Origin: Alphaproteobacteria bacterium
GTDB taxonomy: Bacteria; Pseudomonadota; Alphaproteobacteria; Methylaequorales; Methylaequoraceae
Assembly (NCBI GenBank): GCA_045563025.1
Contig: JBJKUS010000008.1
Span: forward strand, 72,910-136,909
Direction: 5' to 3'
Length of the DNA: 64,000 nucleotides
The notes under the pieces are model-generated. The model saw only the letters and a list, made by a program, of their open reading frames with translations, searched no databases and was not told the origin of the DNA. Shown piece after piece: positions 15,665 through 26,325 of this stretch (the stretch's first letter is position 1; every line of letters begins with the position of its first letter). The position numbers and the translations under genes are program-made.

Positions 15665-16933
15665 CTACAACAAAGAGGGTTTGTCCTTATTAAACATAAT
15701 AGAAAATTTTGTTCCTTTTCCTTCTATTGAAGAAATATCAAGCTCTGCGTTATGTCTATTAACGATGTGCTTAACTATGGACAAACCCAAACCAGTGTTT
15801 CCAGAATTTCGCGATCTAGCTTCATCAACTCTGTAGAATCTCTTTGTCAATAATGGAATATTTTCATTGGGAATTCCGATACCAAAATCTTCAACACTAA
15901 AATTCACTGAGGAATTAACGTTTTCCAATTTTACAATAACAGTTTTTTTTGAATTACTATGGGTTACTGCGTTTTCAATTATATTTAAGAATACCTGTTT
16001 TAACTCAGGCGAGTCACCTATTATTTCATTCTTTTTTTTAATAATTTTAAATTTACATTTTATTTTTTTGAATAGATCTCTATCAATACAAATTTGCTCA
16101 ACTTCTTTTATTATTTCTCCAAGATCAACCTTTTCATTTGGTGGTGAATGCTCTATTCTTTCAATTCTAGTTAGCGATAATAGGTCATTAACAAGAGATG
16201 ACATTCTTGTCGCTTCTTTGGCCATAGTTTTTAAAAACTTCTCTTTAACTTTTTCATCCTCGTTTTTGTCATTTAATAATGTTTCACAATAACCAATTAT
16301 GACTGAAATAGGAGTTTTTAACTCATGACTAGCATTAGCTATAAAATCTCTTTGAAGGTTTTGTATGTTACGTGATGATGTAGAGTCAAAAAGTCTAATA
16401 AAGTTAAGTTTATTAGCACCAACATCTTTACTTCCTGAGATCCAAACATTGTAAATTTTTTCTTTTGGATATAAGAGTCTTACCTCTGATTCAATTGGTC
16501 TTTTTTTTTGTATTGATTCGTTAATTAGTTCACTTAGCTCTGGGATTCTTAAAACTGAAAAAATAGTTTTCCCTTGGGCAGTTTCGCCTATTAACTCCTG
16601 AGCCGCCAAATTAGTTTCTATTATACTTAAATGTTGATTTATGATTAATAGAGGGTCAGGGAAATGCTTATAAAAGTATTCAAAGAAAAAAACTCTTACT
16701 TTTTCATTACGAAATTTATATTCATAATTCCCTATTATTTTATTTATATTAAAAGCAATGGATTCAAATAACTTGTAAAAAAATAGTCCTCCTGATTTTA
16801 AGGAACTGCCTGAAAAATTGCTTAGGAATTTATTTATCTTTTTTAAGTCGGTAACTAATAAGACTAAGATTACAAAATTTACAAAGAAAATGAATAGAAA
16901 AACGATTATTATGTCTTTATGAACAAACATCAA
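15665..16933 (-). CDS. phoR: Sensor histidine kinase, PhoR-like
   Basis: 422 aa with an N-terminal TM, a PAS-like segment, the HisKA motif FIANASHELKTPISVIIGY and HATPase motifs (NAVTHS, DFGIGI, GLGLSIV). No response regulator gene is adjacent. Confidence 0.6.
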   Translation of the reverse strand: MMFVHKDIIIVFLFIFFVNFVILVLLVTDLKKINKFLSNFSGSSLKSGGLFFYKLFESIAFNINKIIGNYEYKFRNEKVRVFFFEYFYKHFPDPLLIINQHLSIIETNLAAQELIGETAQGKTIFSVLRIPELSELINESIQKKRPIESEVRLLYPKEKIYNVWISGSKDVGANKLNFIRLFDSTSSRNIQNLQRDFIANASHELKTPISVIIGYCETLLNDKNEDEKVKEKFLKTMAKEATRMSSLVNDLLSLTRIERIEHSPPNEKVDLGEIIKEVEQICIDRDLFKKIKCKFKIIKKKNEIIGDSPELKQVFLNIIENAVTHSNSKKTVIVKLENVNSSVNFSVEDFGIGIPNENIPLLTKRFYRVDEARSRNSGNTGLGLSIVKHIVNRHNAELDISSIEGKGTKFSIMFNKDKPSLL

Positions 16934-16968
16934 AATGCTTAAATACTATGATATTAATTTAAAGTAAA

Positions 16969-19629
16969 ATGAAATTAAAACAACCTGATATAAAAGGTTT
17001 AAAAAAACTAGAAAAAAGCTTTTCAAAACCAACGCCTATGATGGCCCAGTACCTTGAAGTCAAAGAAAGACATCAAGAGTATTTATTATTTTACAGAATG
17101 GGTGATTTTTATGAACTATTTTTTGATGACGCTAAAATAGCATCGCAGACGTTAGGAATCGCTCTCACTAAAAGAGGTAGAATAGACGGAGAAGATATCC
17201 CTATGTGCGGAGTTCCCGCCCATTCATCGCAAACCTATTTGTCTAGACTTATCAAGCAAGGTTTAAAAGTGGCAATTGCCGAACAATTAGAACCTCCAAA
17301 AGATGAAGAAAAAGGTAATCAGAAAATTTTTAAAAGAGATGTTGTAAAAATAATCACTCCCGGAACCATACTCGATGATTCACTCCTAGACTCAAAGAAC
17401 TATAACCACCTTCTAAGTATTTATTTTGCAAAAGGAGAACTTTGTTTGTCTTGGATTGATATGACAACCGGGAATATTAAAATTGAAAAAATTTCAGGCA
17501 AGAATTTTAAACAAGATCTTTTTGAAAGCATTCACAAAATTGAGCCAGGTGAAATTATACTTTCAGAGGATTTAAGGAATTCAAAATTTTTTTCTGGTTT
17601 TTTCAAATCAATTGAAAAAAAAATCTCAATTATTCCAGAAACCTTTTTTGATTTAAAAAATAATTCTCAAAAAGTTGAAAAATATTTAGGAGCAAAAAAA
17701 GTTGATTTTGTTTCAGAGTCAAAAAATATTGAAATATCTTCTGCAGGGGCTTTGATTAATTACCTGGAATTGACTCAAAAGCAAAACTTACCAAAAATAA
17801 GGGGTATTGAATTTGTAAAAAAAAAAGCTTCAATGCAAATTGATATTTTTTCCCAAAGAAGTCTTGAAATTTTTTCAAAAAACGATGGTTCCAAAAAAGG
17901 GAGTCTAATTGATGTCATTGATGGAACAAAAACAGCGTCGGGGGGACGTTTATTGAGAGAGTTTTTAAAATCGCCACTTATTGAAAAAAAAGAGATTGAA
18001 AATAGACATAAAATCGTAGAACTATTTCTATATAACTTTGATTCTCTTACAAGGATCTTAAATTTTTTATCAAATCTTCCAGACATAGAGAGAGTCTTAG
18101 CGAGGATAAGTGCTAAAACTAATAACCCAAGAGATCTAATTTTATGTAAACAATTTATACATTTTGCAGAAAAAGTATTTGGTGAATTGTTTCCTTTTAG
18201 AAATCAGGTTGTTGAGAATTTAATTCCTTCAAAAAAACAAAAAGAGCGTCTTCTCAGTATTAAAAAAATTATAGACAATAATATTTTAGATGCACCTCCG
18301 GTATCAATAAATGAAGGGGGAGTAATTAAAGATGGCGTTAATAGAAGATTAGATGAGTTGAGAAATATAAAAAAAATAAAAAAAAAAGAGCTTCTTAAGT
18401 TACAAGAAAAATACGCCAAGTTAACAAATGTAAGTAACCTTAAAATAAAGTTCAATAATATACATGGTTACTTCATTGAGGTAACGAAAAGAAACTCAGA
18501 AAATTTAAATAATAACGCGGAATTTATTATTGTTCAAAATACGATAAACGTTTCACGTTACCAAACTAAAGCGTTGAGAGAGATTTCCTTAGAAATAGAA
18601 AATTCAGAGAGTGAATCAATTATACTTGAAGTTTCTTTATATAAAAAGATTTGTGAAAATATAGACTTAGAAAGTGAAAACTTATCAGATATTTCTAGGA
18701 AAATATCTTTCTTGGATGTTTTATGCAACTTTGCAAATTTGTCTGAAAAAAGAAATTACATAAAACCAAAAATACTTAATCATATTCATATTGATATAAA
18801 AAATGGGAGACATCCGGTTGTTGAGGAGAGTTTAAGAAACGATGCTAATAACTTTACACCTAACGACTGTATGATGAGTTCTGAAGAAAATATTTGGATT
18901 ATGACTGGGCCAAATATGGCCGGAAAAAGTACTTTTCTTAGACAAACAGCGGTAATAATTTTGTTAAACCAGATTGGATGTTATGTTCCAGCAGATTCAG
19001 CAAATCTTGGTATTTTTGATAAGATATTTACAAGGATTGGGGCATCTGACGATCTTTCACTTGGCTTATCAACATTTATGACGGAGATGATAGAAACTTC
19101 GAGAATAGTAAATGAGGCCACCTCATCTTCACTTGTAATACTGGATGAACTGGGAAGAGGAACATCGTCTGAGGATGGTTTTGCAATCGCTTATTCAGTT
19201 TTAGAATATATCGCTGTAAAGATTAAGTGTATAACCCTCTTTGCTACACATTACAAAGAACTTTGTGATATGACTAAAAAGTATAAACAAATTTCAAATA
19301 AAACTCTTAAAATTAAAAAATGGAATGATGAAATAATTTTTTATTATAAAATTATCAATGGTATATCACAGGGTTCATTTGGTATTCATGTAGCTAATCT
19401 TGCTGGGGTAAACAAAACTATTATTTCAAGAGCTGAAAAAGTCTTAAAAAATAATGCTAAAGTCACAAAAAATGAAATACCAAGTGATGACCTTGAGTTC
19501 AAGAAAGTTGATAATGAAAAACACATTGAAATTTACGAGGCTATAAAAAAACTAAAATTAGACGATTTATCTCCAAAAGAATCTCTTGATATACTTTACA
19601 CCTTAAAGAAGAATTATTTTTTTGAATAA
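16969..19629 (+). CDS. mutS: DNA mismatch repair protein MutS
   Basis: 886 aa with GDFYELFFDDA, Walker A GPNMAGKST and ILDELGRGTS. Confidence 0.95.
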   Translation: MKLKQPDIKGLKKLEKSFSKPTPMMAQYLEVKERHQEYLLFYRMGDFYELFFDDAKIASQTLGIALTKRGRIDGEDIPMCGVPAHSSQTYLSRLIKQGLKVAIAEQLEPPKDEEKGNQKIFKRDVVKIITPGTILDDSLLDSKNYNHLLSIYFAKGELCLSWIDMTTGNIKIEKISGKNFKQDLFESIHKIEPGEIILSEDLRNSKFFSGFFKSIEKKISIIPETFFDLKNNSQKVEKYLGAKKVDFVSESKNIEISSAGALINYLELTQKQNLPKIRGIEFVKKKASMQIDIFSQRSLEIFSKNDGSKKGSLIDVIDGTKTASGGRLLREFLKSPLIEKKEIENRHKIVELFLYNFDSLTRILNFLSNLPDIERVLARISAKTNNPRDLILCKQFIHFAEKVFGELFPFRNQVVENLIPSKKQKERLLSIKKIIDNNILDAPPVSINEGGVIKDGVNRRLDELRNIKKIKKKELLKLQEKYAKLTNVSNLKIKFNNIHGYFIEVTKRNSENLNNNAEFIIVQNTINVSRYQTKALREISLEIENSESESIILEVSLYKKICENIDLESENLSDISRKISFLDVLCNFANLSEKRNYIKPKILNHIHIDIKNGRHPVVEESLRNDANNFTPNDCMMSSEENIWIMTGPNMAGKSTFLRQTAVIILLNQIGCYVPADSANLGIFDKIFTRIGASDDLSLGLSTFMTEMIETSRIVNEATSSSLVILDELGRGTSSEDGFAIAYSVLEYIAVKIKCITLFATHYKELCDMTKKYKQISNKTLKIKKWNDEIIFYYKIINGISQGSFGIHVANLAGVNKTIISRAEKVLKNNAKVTKNEIPSDDLEFKKVDNEKHIEIYEAIKKLKLDDLSPKESLDILYTLKKNYFFE

Positions 19630-22130
19630 TGATAAATCTTAAACCAAGCTTTGAAGAAGAAAAAAAGAAAATAAAGAAATCTTTTTCTACCGAAAACTCG
19701 GGTTTGAAGAATTGCAGAAGAAATTCTGATTTAGTTGACAAAGTTATAAATCAAATTTTTTCTTATCAGAAAAAGGAAAAAAAAATCTCTTTCGAAAAGT
19801 TTTTTATATCGGCCGTTGGTGGTTACGGCAGACGACAACTGGCACCATTCTCTGACATAGATTTATTGTTTGTCTATGACGATAAAAAAATTGAAGATGT
19901 TGAAAGCCTTGTAAAGGACTTCCTTTACCCACTTTGGGATTTAGGATTGAAAGTTGGGTATGCCGTTAGATCATTGAAAGAATCAATTGTTTATTCTGGA
20001 AAGGATCAGATCATTAAAACCAGTATGCTGGATACAAGATTAGTTTGTGGATCAAAGAAACTTTTTAACGAACTTCTATTTAACTTTTTTAAACAAATTT
20101 CCAAAAAACCGATAGTATTTATTGATGAAAAAATCAATGAAAGACGAAATAGAATCAAACTCATTGGATTTGATTATTTCAAAAACGAACCAAATATCAA
20201 AGAAAGTGAAGGCTCACTTAGGGATCTTAATTTAATAAGCTGGGGTTTAAAAGTTTTAGAGATTATAAAAAAAAGTTATGGTGCTGAACAATGTAAATTT
20301 TTAACTAAGTTTGAGAAAAAGAAAATCAAACTCTGTACGGAATTTCTATTAACAATGAGGTGTCATTTACATTATGAGAGTGACAGACTAAACGACAAAC
20401 TATCCTTTGACTATCAAAAAATAATTTCAGAAAAACTTTCCTTCACTAAAAAGAAATCAACAAACACAAAAGTTGAGCTAATGATGAGAATGTATTTCGA
20501 GCAAATAAGAGTGATAAAGGTTCTAACTCAAAACTTAATTGGGAATATGAGAGAATTTATTAGATTAAATGGGAAAATTAAAGGAACTATAGATTTTAGA
20601 AAAACAAAGGAAAAAGTAGAAAATAATGTATTTTCTAGTTTAAGGGATATTCATTTTCAAAGAGAAATTATAAATAATATTGAAAAGATTAATTCTAAAT
20701 ATTTTTTTTCAAAAAATAATATCGAGAACTTTAAGAAATTTTTACTTGCAGATTCTAATGATGAATTCATTCATCTTTGTGAAATAGGAGTTGTCGGAAA
20801 AATCTTACCAGAATTTTCACGAATTCAGAATCTCACACAATTTGATAGATACCACGCACTTACAGTGGGACAACATACACTTAAAGCACTTTCAACTTTG
20901 AAAGGATTGAAAAAAAATAATAGGAAAGAGAGTTTTTATAAATTTGCAAAAAAAATTTTCTCTAAAAACTTTAATAAAAAACCCCTTTATTTTGCGACTC
21001 TTTTCCATGATTTTGGAAAAGGATTAGACGGCAACCATCATAAAAAAGGAGCAAAAATTGCAGAAAGTATTGTATTAAAGCTAAATGAGAACAAAGAAAT
21101 AGCTAGAGAGACAAGTTGGCTTGTTGAAAATCATTTGCTCTTAAGTGAATTTGCATTTAAGAAAGATATACAAGATTTTTCTGTCATAAAAAACATTTCA
21201 TCTTTGATAACAAATATTGATAGATTGAACTCACTATTTATCCTTACAGTTGCAGATATTTCAGCAGTCGACCACGGAATATGGAATGACTGGAAGGCAA
21301 ATTTATTAGAATCATTATACCTAAAAATTGAAGAAGAAATTTTAAATCCTGAAATTGAAAATAGCGTAAATAAAAAAATTCAGTTAATAAAAGATAAAAT
21401 ACTGACGACATCAAAATCTTTAAAAAAATTAGAACTACAAGAGTTTGCTAAAATAACATACCCAAACTATTGGTTACTTCAGGCTCCTGAGTCCATAAAA
21501 TTTCAAATCGAAAAATTCTTTTTAAAAGGAAAAAAAATAAAATTATTTGATTTCCATATTAGTCAAAATTTAGAAAAGAAATTCTTTAAGCTTACTCTTG
21601 TTACAAAAGATAGACCGTCTTTGTTCTTGGACATAATTTCAGCTTTTGTTTTGGAAAAATTTTCTATATTGGAAGCAAGAATTTTCACACTTGATGATGG
21701 AACGGTAATCGATACCTTTAAATTTTCGTTTAGTAATAGAAATTTATTGGAAGAATTTGAAATAAATGAGAAAATTACAAGACTTAAAAATCGATTGATT
21801 GATGTGAAAAATCAGAAAATAGCAACCTCATTGGAAAGTAGTTTAAAAAAAGGAAAAGTTTTAAAAAGAAAGATTGATATAAATTTTGATAACGATTCAT
21901 CCAAAACGTACTCTGTCTTTGAGGTTGTAACTAATGATAGGATTGGACTTTTATACGACATATCAAAAATTTTAATAAAAAATAAATTTATTATTTCGAT
22001 GGCAAAAATTTCAACTAATGGTGATTTTGTAGAAGATAGCTTTCATTTAAGAAATGAGTTTGGATTTAAAATCGAGCAGAAAGATTTAATAGAAAAATTA
22101 AAAAGGGAAATCATCAATTTTTTAACGTAA
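19629..22130 (+). CDS. glnD: [Protein-PII] uridylyltransferase/uridylyl-removing enzyme GlnD
   Basis: 833 aa with the nucleotidyltransferase motif GGYGRRQLAPFSDIDLLFV, the HD motif LFHDFGKG and two C-terminal ACT-like repeats. Confidence 0.85.
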   Translation: MINLKPSFEEEKKKIKKSFSTENSGLKNCRRNSDLVDKVINQIFSYQKKEKKISFEKFFISAVGGYGRRQLAPFSDIDLLFVYDDKKIEDVESLVKDFLYPLWDLGLKVGYAVRSLKESIVYSGKDQIIKTSMLDTRLVCGSKKLFNELLFNFFKQISKKPIVFIDEKINERRNRIKLIGFDYFKNEPNIKESEGSLRDLNLISWGLKVLEIIKKSYGAEQCKFLTKFEKKKIKLCTEFLLTMRCHLHYESDRLNDKLSFDYQKIISEKLSFTKKKSTNTKVELMMRMYFEQIRVIKVLTQNLIGNMREFIRLNGKIKGTIDFRKTKEKVENNVFSSLRDIHFQREIINNIEKINSKYFFSKNNIENFKKFLLADSNDEFIHLCEIGVVGKILPEFSRIQNLTQFDRYHALTVGQHTLKALSTLKGLKKNNRKESFYKFAKKIFSKNFNKKPLYFATLFHDFGKGLDGNHHKKGAKIAESIVLKLNENKEIARETSWLVENHLLLSEFAFKKDIQDFSVIKNISSLITNIDRLNSLFILTVADISAVDHGIWNDWKANLLESLYLKIEEEILNPEIENSVNKKIQLIKDKILTTSKSLKKLELQEFAKITYPNYWLLQAPESIKFQIEKFFLKGKKIKLFDFHISQNLEKKFFKLTLVTKDRPSLFLDIISAFVLEKFSILEARIFTLDDGTVIDTFKFSFSNRNLLEEFEINEKITRLKNRLIDVKNQKIATSLESSLKKGKVLKRKIDINFDNDSSKTYSVFEVVTNDRIGLLYDISKILIKNKFIISMAKISTNGDFVEDSFHLRNEFGFKIEQKDLIEKLKREIINFLT

Positions 22131-22139
22131 ATTAAAATT

Positions 22140-23702
22140 ATGTTTTTTAAAATAATTTCAATAATAGGCTCACTGACACTTGTAAGTCGGGTATTAGGCT
22201 ATATCCGGGATCTTTTAATTGCAAGATTTTTGGGTGCGGGGCTTGTCTCAGATGCTTTCTTTGTTTCATTCAAGTTACCAAATTTGTTTAGAAGACTTTT
22301 TGCGGAGGGGTCTGTAAACTCAGCCTTTATTCCTGTTGTATCGGGTATTAAAACAAGATTTGGAAAAAAGAAGTCGGATGAGTTTCTCTCAACAATCTTC
22401 TCATTATTGCTATCATTTCTGTTTATTTTATTAGTTATTTTTGAAATCTTTATGCCATTTATCATAAATTCGATAGCCCCAGGCTTTAATAATAATCCTG
22501 AAAAGTTTTTATTGGCTGTCGAGCTTTCAAGGCTAACCCTCCCCTTTGTTCTATTTGTCTGTATAACATCATTAATCGGTGGTTATTTAAATACACTGGG
22601 AAAATTCGCAGCGATGGCATTCACTCCGGTAATTCTAAACTTAACTATGATTTCAACATTGATTATTTTTTTAAATATTGATGACCAATTATTACTAACT
22701 AAGTATTTAAGTTTTTCTATTTCTTTGGCCGGTGTAATTCAACTGACTTGGATATTGTTTAATTTGAAAAAAAACAAATCGACTCTCGGTTTTGAAATTC
22801 CAAAATTAAAAATGTTTATAAAACCGTCTTCTAATGTAAAAAGATTTTTTGTTTTACTTTTACCAGCAATTATAGGGAACGGTGCCTATCAACTGAATCT
22901 TTTGATTGATATGATTTTAGCCTCAACATTACCAGATGGATCAATTTCATACTTATATTACTCTGACCGGGTAAATCAGCTACCCCTTGGAGTTCTAGGC
23001 ATAGCTATAAGCACAGCATTGCTTCCTATACTGTCAAAAGAGGTAAAACAAGGAAAAATTAAACAGGCAACCAAAAGCATTACAAAGGCAATTAAATTTG
23101 GAATTTTCTTCTCAGTTCCTTCTTTATTTGGCATATTATTCTTATCTGAAGAAATTATTTCCTTTTTATTTTATAGAGGTGCATTTGGTGTAGATGATGT
23201 CATATTAACAGCAAAGGCTTTGGTTGCCTTGGGGTTTGGTTTGCCAGCATTTATAATGATTAAAATTCTTGTAGTTCCGTTTTTTGCTAATGAAAATACA
23301 AAAACTCCCATTAAGATTTCTTTATTCTGTATTGCCATTAATTTAATACTAAACTTAATTCTAATAGGTCATTTTTTGCACGTAGGCCTTGCCATAGCAA
23401 CTTCTGTATCAGCGTGGATAAATATGACAATTTTGATTTATTTTTTAGTTACATACGAAAAATATTCTTTTGACAAATCAATCTTTACTTTAATATTTAA
23501 AGTTTTATTGGCTTCAACTATGATGGCGATTGCTTTGTATTTAGTAATGGATAAAGGTATATTGAGTTTTATAGGTCTTGATTTAATAAACGAAAATATT
23601 CTATTAATAATAACTATTATATTGGGTTTACTTACATATCTGATTTCAAGTTATATAATCGGTGTTGAGAAACCCTATGATAAAAAGTGGAGACAAGAGT
23701 GA
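22140..23702 (+). CDS. murJ: Lipid II flippase MurJ (MviN)
   Basis: 520 aa, about 14 TM. N-terminal SRVLGYIRDLLIARFLGAG...FKLPNLFRRLFAEGS. Confidence 0.85.
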   Translation: MFFKIISIIGSLTLVSRVLGYIRDLLIARFLGAGLVSDAFFVSFKLPNLFRRLFAEGSVNSAFIPVVSGIKTRFGKKKSDEFLSTIFSLLLSFLFILLVIFEIFMPFIINSIAPGFNNNPEKFLLAVELSRLTLPFVLFVCITSLIGGYLNTLGKFAAMAFTPVILNLTMISTLIIFLNIDDQLLLTKYLSFSISLAGVIQLTWILFNLKKNKSTLGFEIPKLKMFIKPSSNVKRFFVLLLPAIIGNGAYQLNLLIDMILASTLPDGSISYLYYSDRVNQLPLGVLGIAISTALLPILSKEVKQGKIKQATKSITKAIKFGIFFSVPSLFGILFLSEEIISFLFYRGAFGVDDVILTAKALVALGFGLPAFIMIKILVVPFFANENTKTPIKISLFCIAINLILNLILIGHFLHVGLAIATSVSAWINMTILIYFLVTYEKYSFDKSIFTLIFKVLLASTMMAIALYLVMDKGILSFIGLDLINENILLIITIILGLLTYLISSYIIGVEKPYDKKWRQE

Positions 23703-24703
23703 ATGATGATCTAGTTTTTTCAGGTGTACAACCAACAGGTAATTTACATTTAGGTAATTATCTTGGAGCTATAAAAAACTGGGTTGATTTTCAGACATCA
23801 AAAAAATGTATTTTCTGTATAGTTGATTTGCATGCAATTACCTCATCCGAAAATAGGAAGGAATTGAGTGAAAACACAAAACAAGTTGCTGCTGCTTATA
23901 TTGCCTCGGGCATAGACCCAAAGAAAAGTACTGTTTTTGTTCAATCAAATATTGAAGGGCACAGTGAACTTGCTTGGATTCTAAGTTGTCACACCCCAAT
24001 TGGTTGGTTAAATAGAATGACACAATTTAAGGATAAAGCTGGAAAGAATAAAGAAAAGGCACCTTTGGGACTTTACTCATACCCTGTTTTAATGGCAGCA
24101 GATATATTACTTTATAAATCTAATTACGTTCCTGTTGGAGATGATCAAAAACAACACTTAGAATTATGCAGAGATATAGCACAAAGCTTTAACAGGTTCT
24201 ATGACACCAATTTTTTCCCGCTGCCTGAACCCATTATTACAGGAACGGCTACAAGGGTGATGAGCTTAAAAGATGGAAAAAAGAAAATGAGTAAATCTGA
24301 TCCGTCCGATCAATCAAGAATTAACATGACTGATACAGCAGGTATAATTCAAAAAAAAATTCAAAGAGCCAGGACTGATTCCTTGCCATTTCCTGAGGAT
24401 GATACCGAACTAAAGGACAGACCAGAAGTTGAAAATTTAATTAACATCTACTTATCGATATCCGGAGAAAAAAAACAAAATATATTTAAAGAATTTTCTG
24501 GGAGAGACTTCAAAGGATTTAAAGAAGCATTATCTGAAACTGTTGTGTCAAGGATGTCTAAGATATCTAATGAAATGAACAAACTTTTATCTGATAAAGA
24601 TTATCTGAACGCGATTTTACTTGATGGATTTAATAAAGCTAAGGAGATTTCTGAGACCAATATGAGAGAAATTAAAAAAATTATAAAGTTTTATTCCAAA
24701 TGA
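23687..24703 (+). CDS. trpS: Tryptophan--tRNA ligase
   Basis: 338 aa with GNLHLGNY (HIGH class) and KMSKS motifs. The start per the ORF track is non-ATG. Confidence 0.9.
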   Translation: METRVNDDLVFSGVQPTGNLHLGNYLGAIKNWVDFQTSKKCIFCIVDLHAITSSENRKELSENTKQVAAAYIASGIDPKKSTVFVQSNIEGHSELAWILSCHTPIGWLNRMTQFKDKAGKNKEKAPLGLYSYPVLMAADILLYKSNYVPVGDDQKQHLELCRDIAQSFNRFYDTNFFPLPEPIITGTATRVMSLKDGKKKMSKSDPSDQSRINMTDTAGIIQKKIQRARTDSLPFPEDDTELKDRPEVENLINIYLSISGEKKQNIFKEFSGRDFKGFKEALSETVVSRMSKISNEMNKLLSDKDYLNAILLDGFNKAKEISETNMREIKKIIKFYSK

Positions 24704-25611
24704 CTTTTTATCTTCCAATAGCTGAAATTGAGATTAACCTTTTGATAATTTTATTTTTTGGTTTTGTAGTAGGATTTATGTCTGGACTTTTTGGAGTTGG
24801 AGGTGGTTTTTTAATGACGCCTCTTTTAATTTTTATGGGGATTCCTCCGTCAACTGCTGTAGGTACAGAATCAGTCCAAATTTTAGGATCATCTGTTTCA
24901 GGAGCTTTGGCCCATAGTAGGAAGAAAAATATTGATTATGAAATAGGTATATTTTTATTAATTGGAGGGATTTTTGGATCAACCTTTGGAGTCATATTAT
25001 TTAATTTTTTAAAACAATCTGGGAATATTGATCTTATTATAAATATACTTTACGTAATCTTTCTTTCAGTAATTGGAATATTAATGCTGATAGAAAGTAC
25101 TATTTCTTTAGTTAAAGATGATAAAAGCATATTAAAAAAAAGGAAAAGAAATCTTTTGGATTATCTTCCTTTAAAATTAAAGTTTAGACAATCAGGAATT
25201 TATATTTCTATAATACTTCCAATTTTTGTAGGAATAATTACTGGATTCCTGGCTTCATTAATGGGAGTTGGAGGTGGTTTTATTATGGTTCCGGCAATGA
25301 TTTATTTGTTCAGGATGGGGACGGTTTCAGCAATTGGAACATCTTTATTCCAAATTGTTTTCGTAACATTAAACTCTTCAATATTGCAGGCGACTTATAA
25401 TCTATCTGTTGATTTGATCTTAGCAATTTTTTTATTAATTGGAGGAGTTATTGGAGCACAATATGGTTCAAAATTTACTTCGAGATTTAAAGGTGAGCAA
25501 CTCAGAGTTTTGTTAGCAATAATTGTAATATTGGTATGTATAAAAATGGGAATAGAACTTTTTAACGAGCCTTCCATAAATTCAAGGATTATAATTCAAG
25601 ATGCATTTTAG
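24700..25611 (+). CDS. TauE/SafE family (DUF81) anion exporter membrane protein
   Basis: 303 aa, multi-TM, with duplicated GVGGGF(L/I)M(T/V)P motifs. Confidence 0.7.
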   Translation: MTFYLPIAEIEINLLIILFFGFVVGFMSGLFGVGGGFLMTPLLIFMGIPPSTAVGTESVQILGSSVSGALAHSRKKNIDYEIGIFLLIGGIFGSTFGVILFNFLKQSGNIDLIINILYVIFLSVIGILMLIESTISLVKDDKSILKKRKRNLLDYLPLKLKFRQSGIYISIILPIFVGIITGFLASLMGVGGGFIMVPAMIYLFRMGTVSAIGTSLFQIVFVTLNSSILQATYNLSVDLILAIFLLIGGVIGAQYGSKFTSRFKGEQLRVLLAIIVILVCIKMGIELFNEPSINSRIIIQDAF

Positions 25612-26323
25612 AAAATTAGTAACATTAAAGTTTTGCATTTTTTTTATTTTGTCTTTTGGAGATCTAAAAGCAAACACTCTATTCTTTGATATTTCCAATA
25701 CAAAAGTCATTTTAGGAGAGGAAAAAAATGCAGTTGATTTTACTATTTATGGTTTTTCAGATGCAAAAAGAACTTTAGTTTTAAAAATCACTGGACCAAA
25801 GCAAAAAGTGATATTGCAAAAAAAAAAGAGTGTCTTGGGAATGTGGACTTGGGGTAAAACTGGAGAATTTCAATATCCGAGTTTAAATCACTATTATACA
25901 AATAATAAAAACAATGAAATTGATTTTGAAATAAAAAAAGATTTATACGATAATATTAAATTGATTGGAACGGATGATGACAATTTAAAAAAAGACCTAA
26001 TTGATAAGAAAATGTCATTAAATCTTTTTAAAATTAAAAATGATTCATTTAAGATAATTAATAAAGACGTCCCGTCATTATTTAAAATCCCGGTTAAGCT
26101 TCCAGAAAATTCACCAGCCGGAGAATATTTTATTTCGATGAGTCTTATGGATGGAGGAAATAAGTTTGAAACCAAAAAAACAAAACTCACTGTGAAAAAG
26201 CCTGGTGTAAGCTCATTTATATTTTCATTTGCTCATAAATTCTCATTTATATATGGAGTTTTTTCTGCTATTATTGCAATTGCTCTTGGAGTATTTGCAA
26301 GCTTTGTTTTTAGGAAAAGGTAG
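25601..26323 (+). CDS. Alphaproteobacterial membrane-anchored protein, TIGR02186 / Alph_Pro_TM-like
   Basis: 240 aa with a signal peptide and a C-terminal TM anchor. It lies directly downstream of the TauE-family gene. The family call is from memory. Confidence 0.4.
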   Translation: MHFRKLVTLKFCIFFILSFGDLKANTLFFDISNTKVILGEEKNAVDFTIYGFSDAKRTLVLKITGPKQKVILQKKKSVLGMWTWGKTGEFQYPSLNHYYTNNKNNEIDFEIKKDLYDNIKLIGTDDDNLKKDLIDKKMSLNLFKIKNDSFKIINKDVPSLFKIPVKLPENSPAGEYFISMSLMDGGNKFETKKTKLTVKKPGVSSFIFSFAHKFSFIYGVFSAIIAIALGVFASFVFRKR

Positions 26324-26325
26324 AG

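Noticed and set aside
23687-23720. An apparent 1-nt disagreement between my hand indexing of the printed sequence and the ORF-track frames at the murJ/trpS junction.
   Set aside because: This is most likely my miscount of a homopolymer run. ORF-track coordinates were checked elsewhere against start and stop codons and agree, so I kept the track coordinates and did not call a frameshift.
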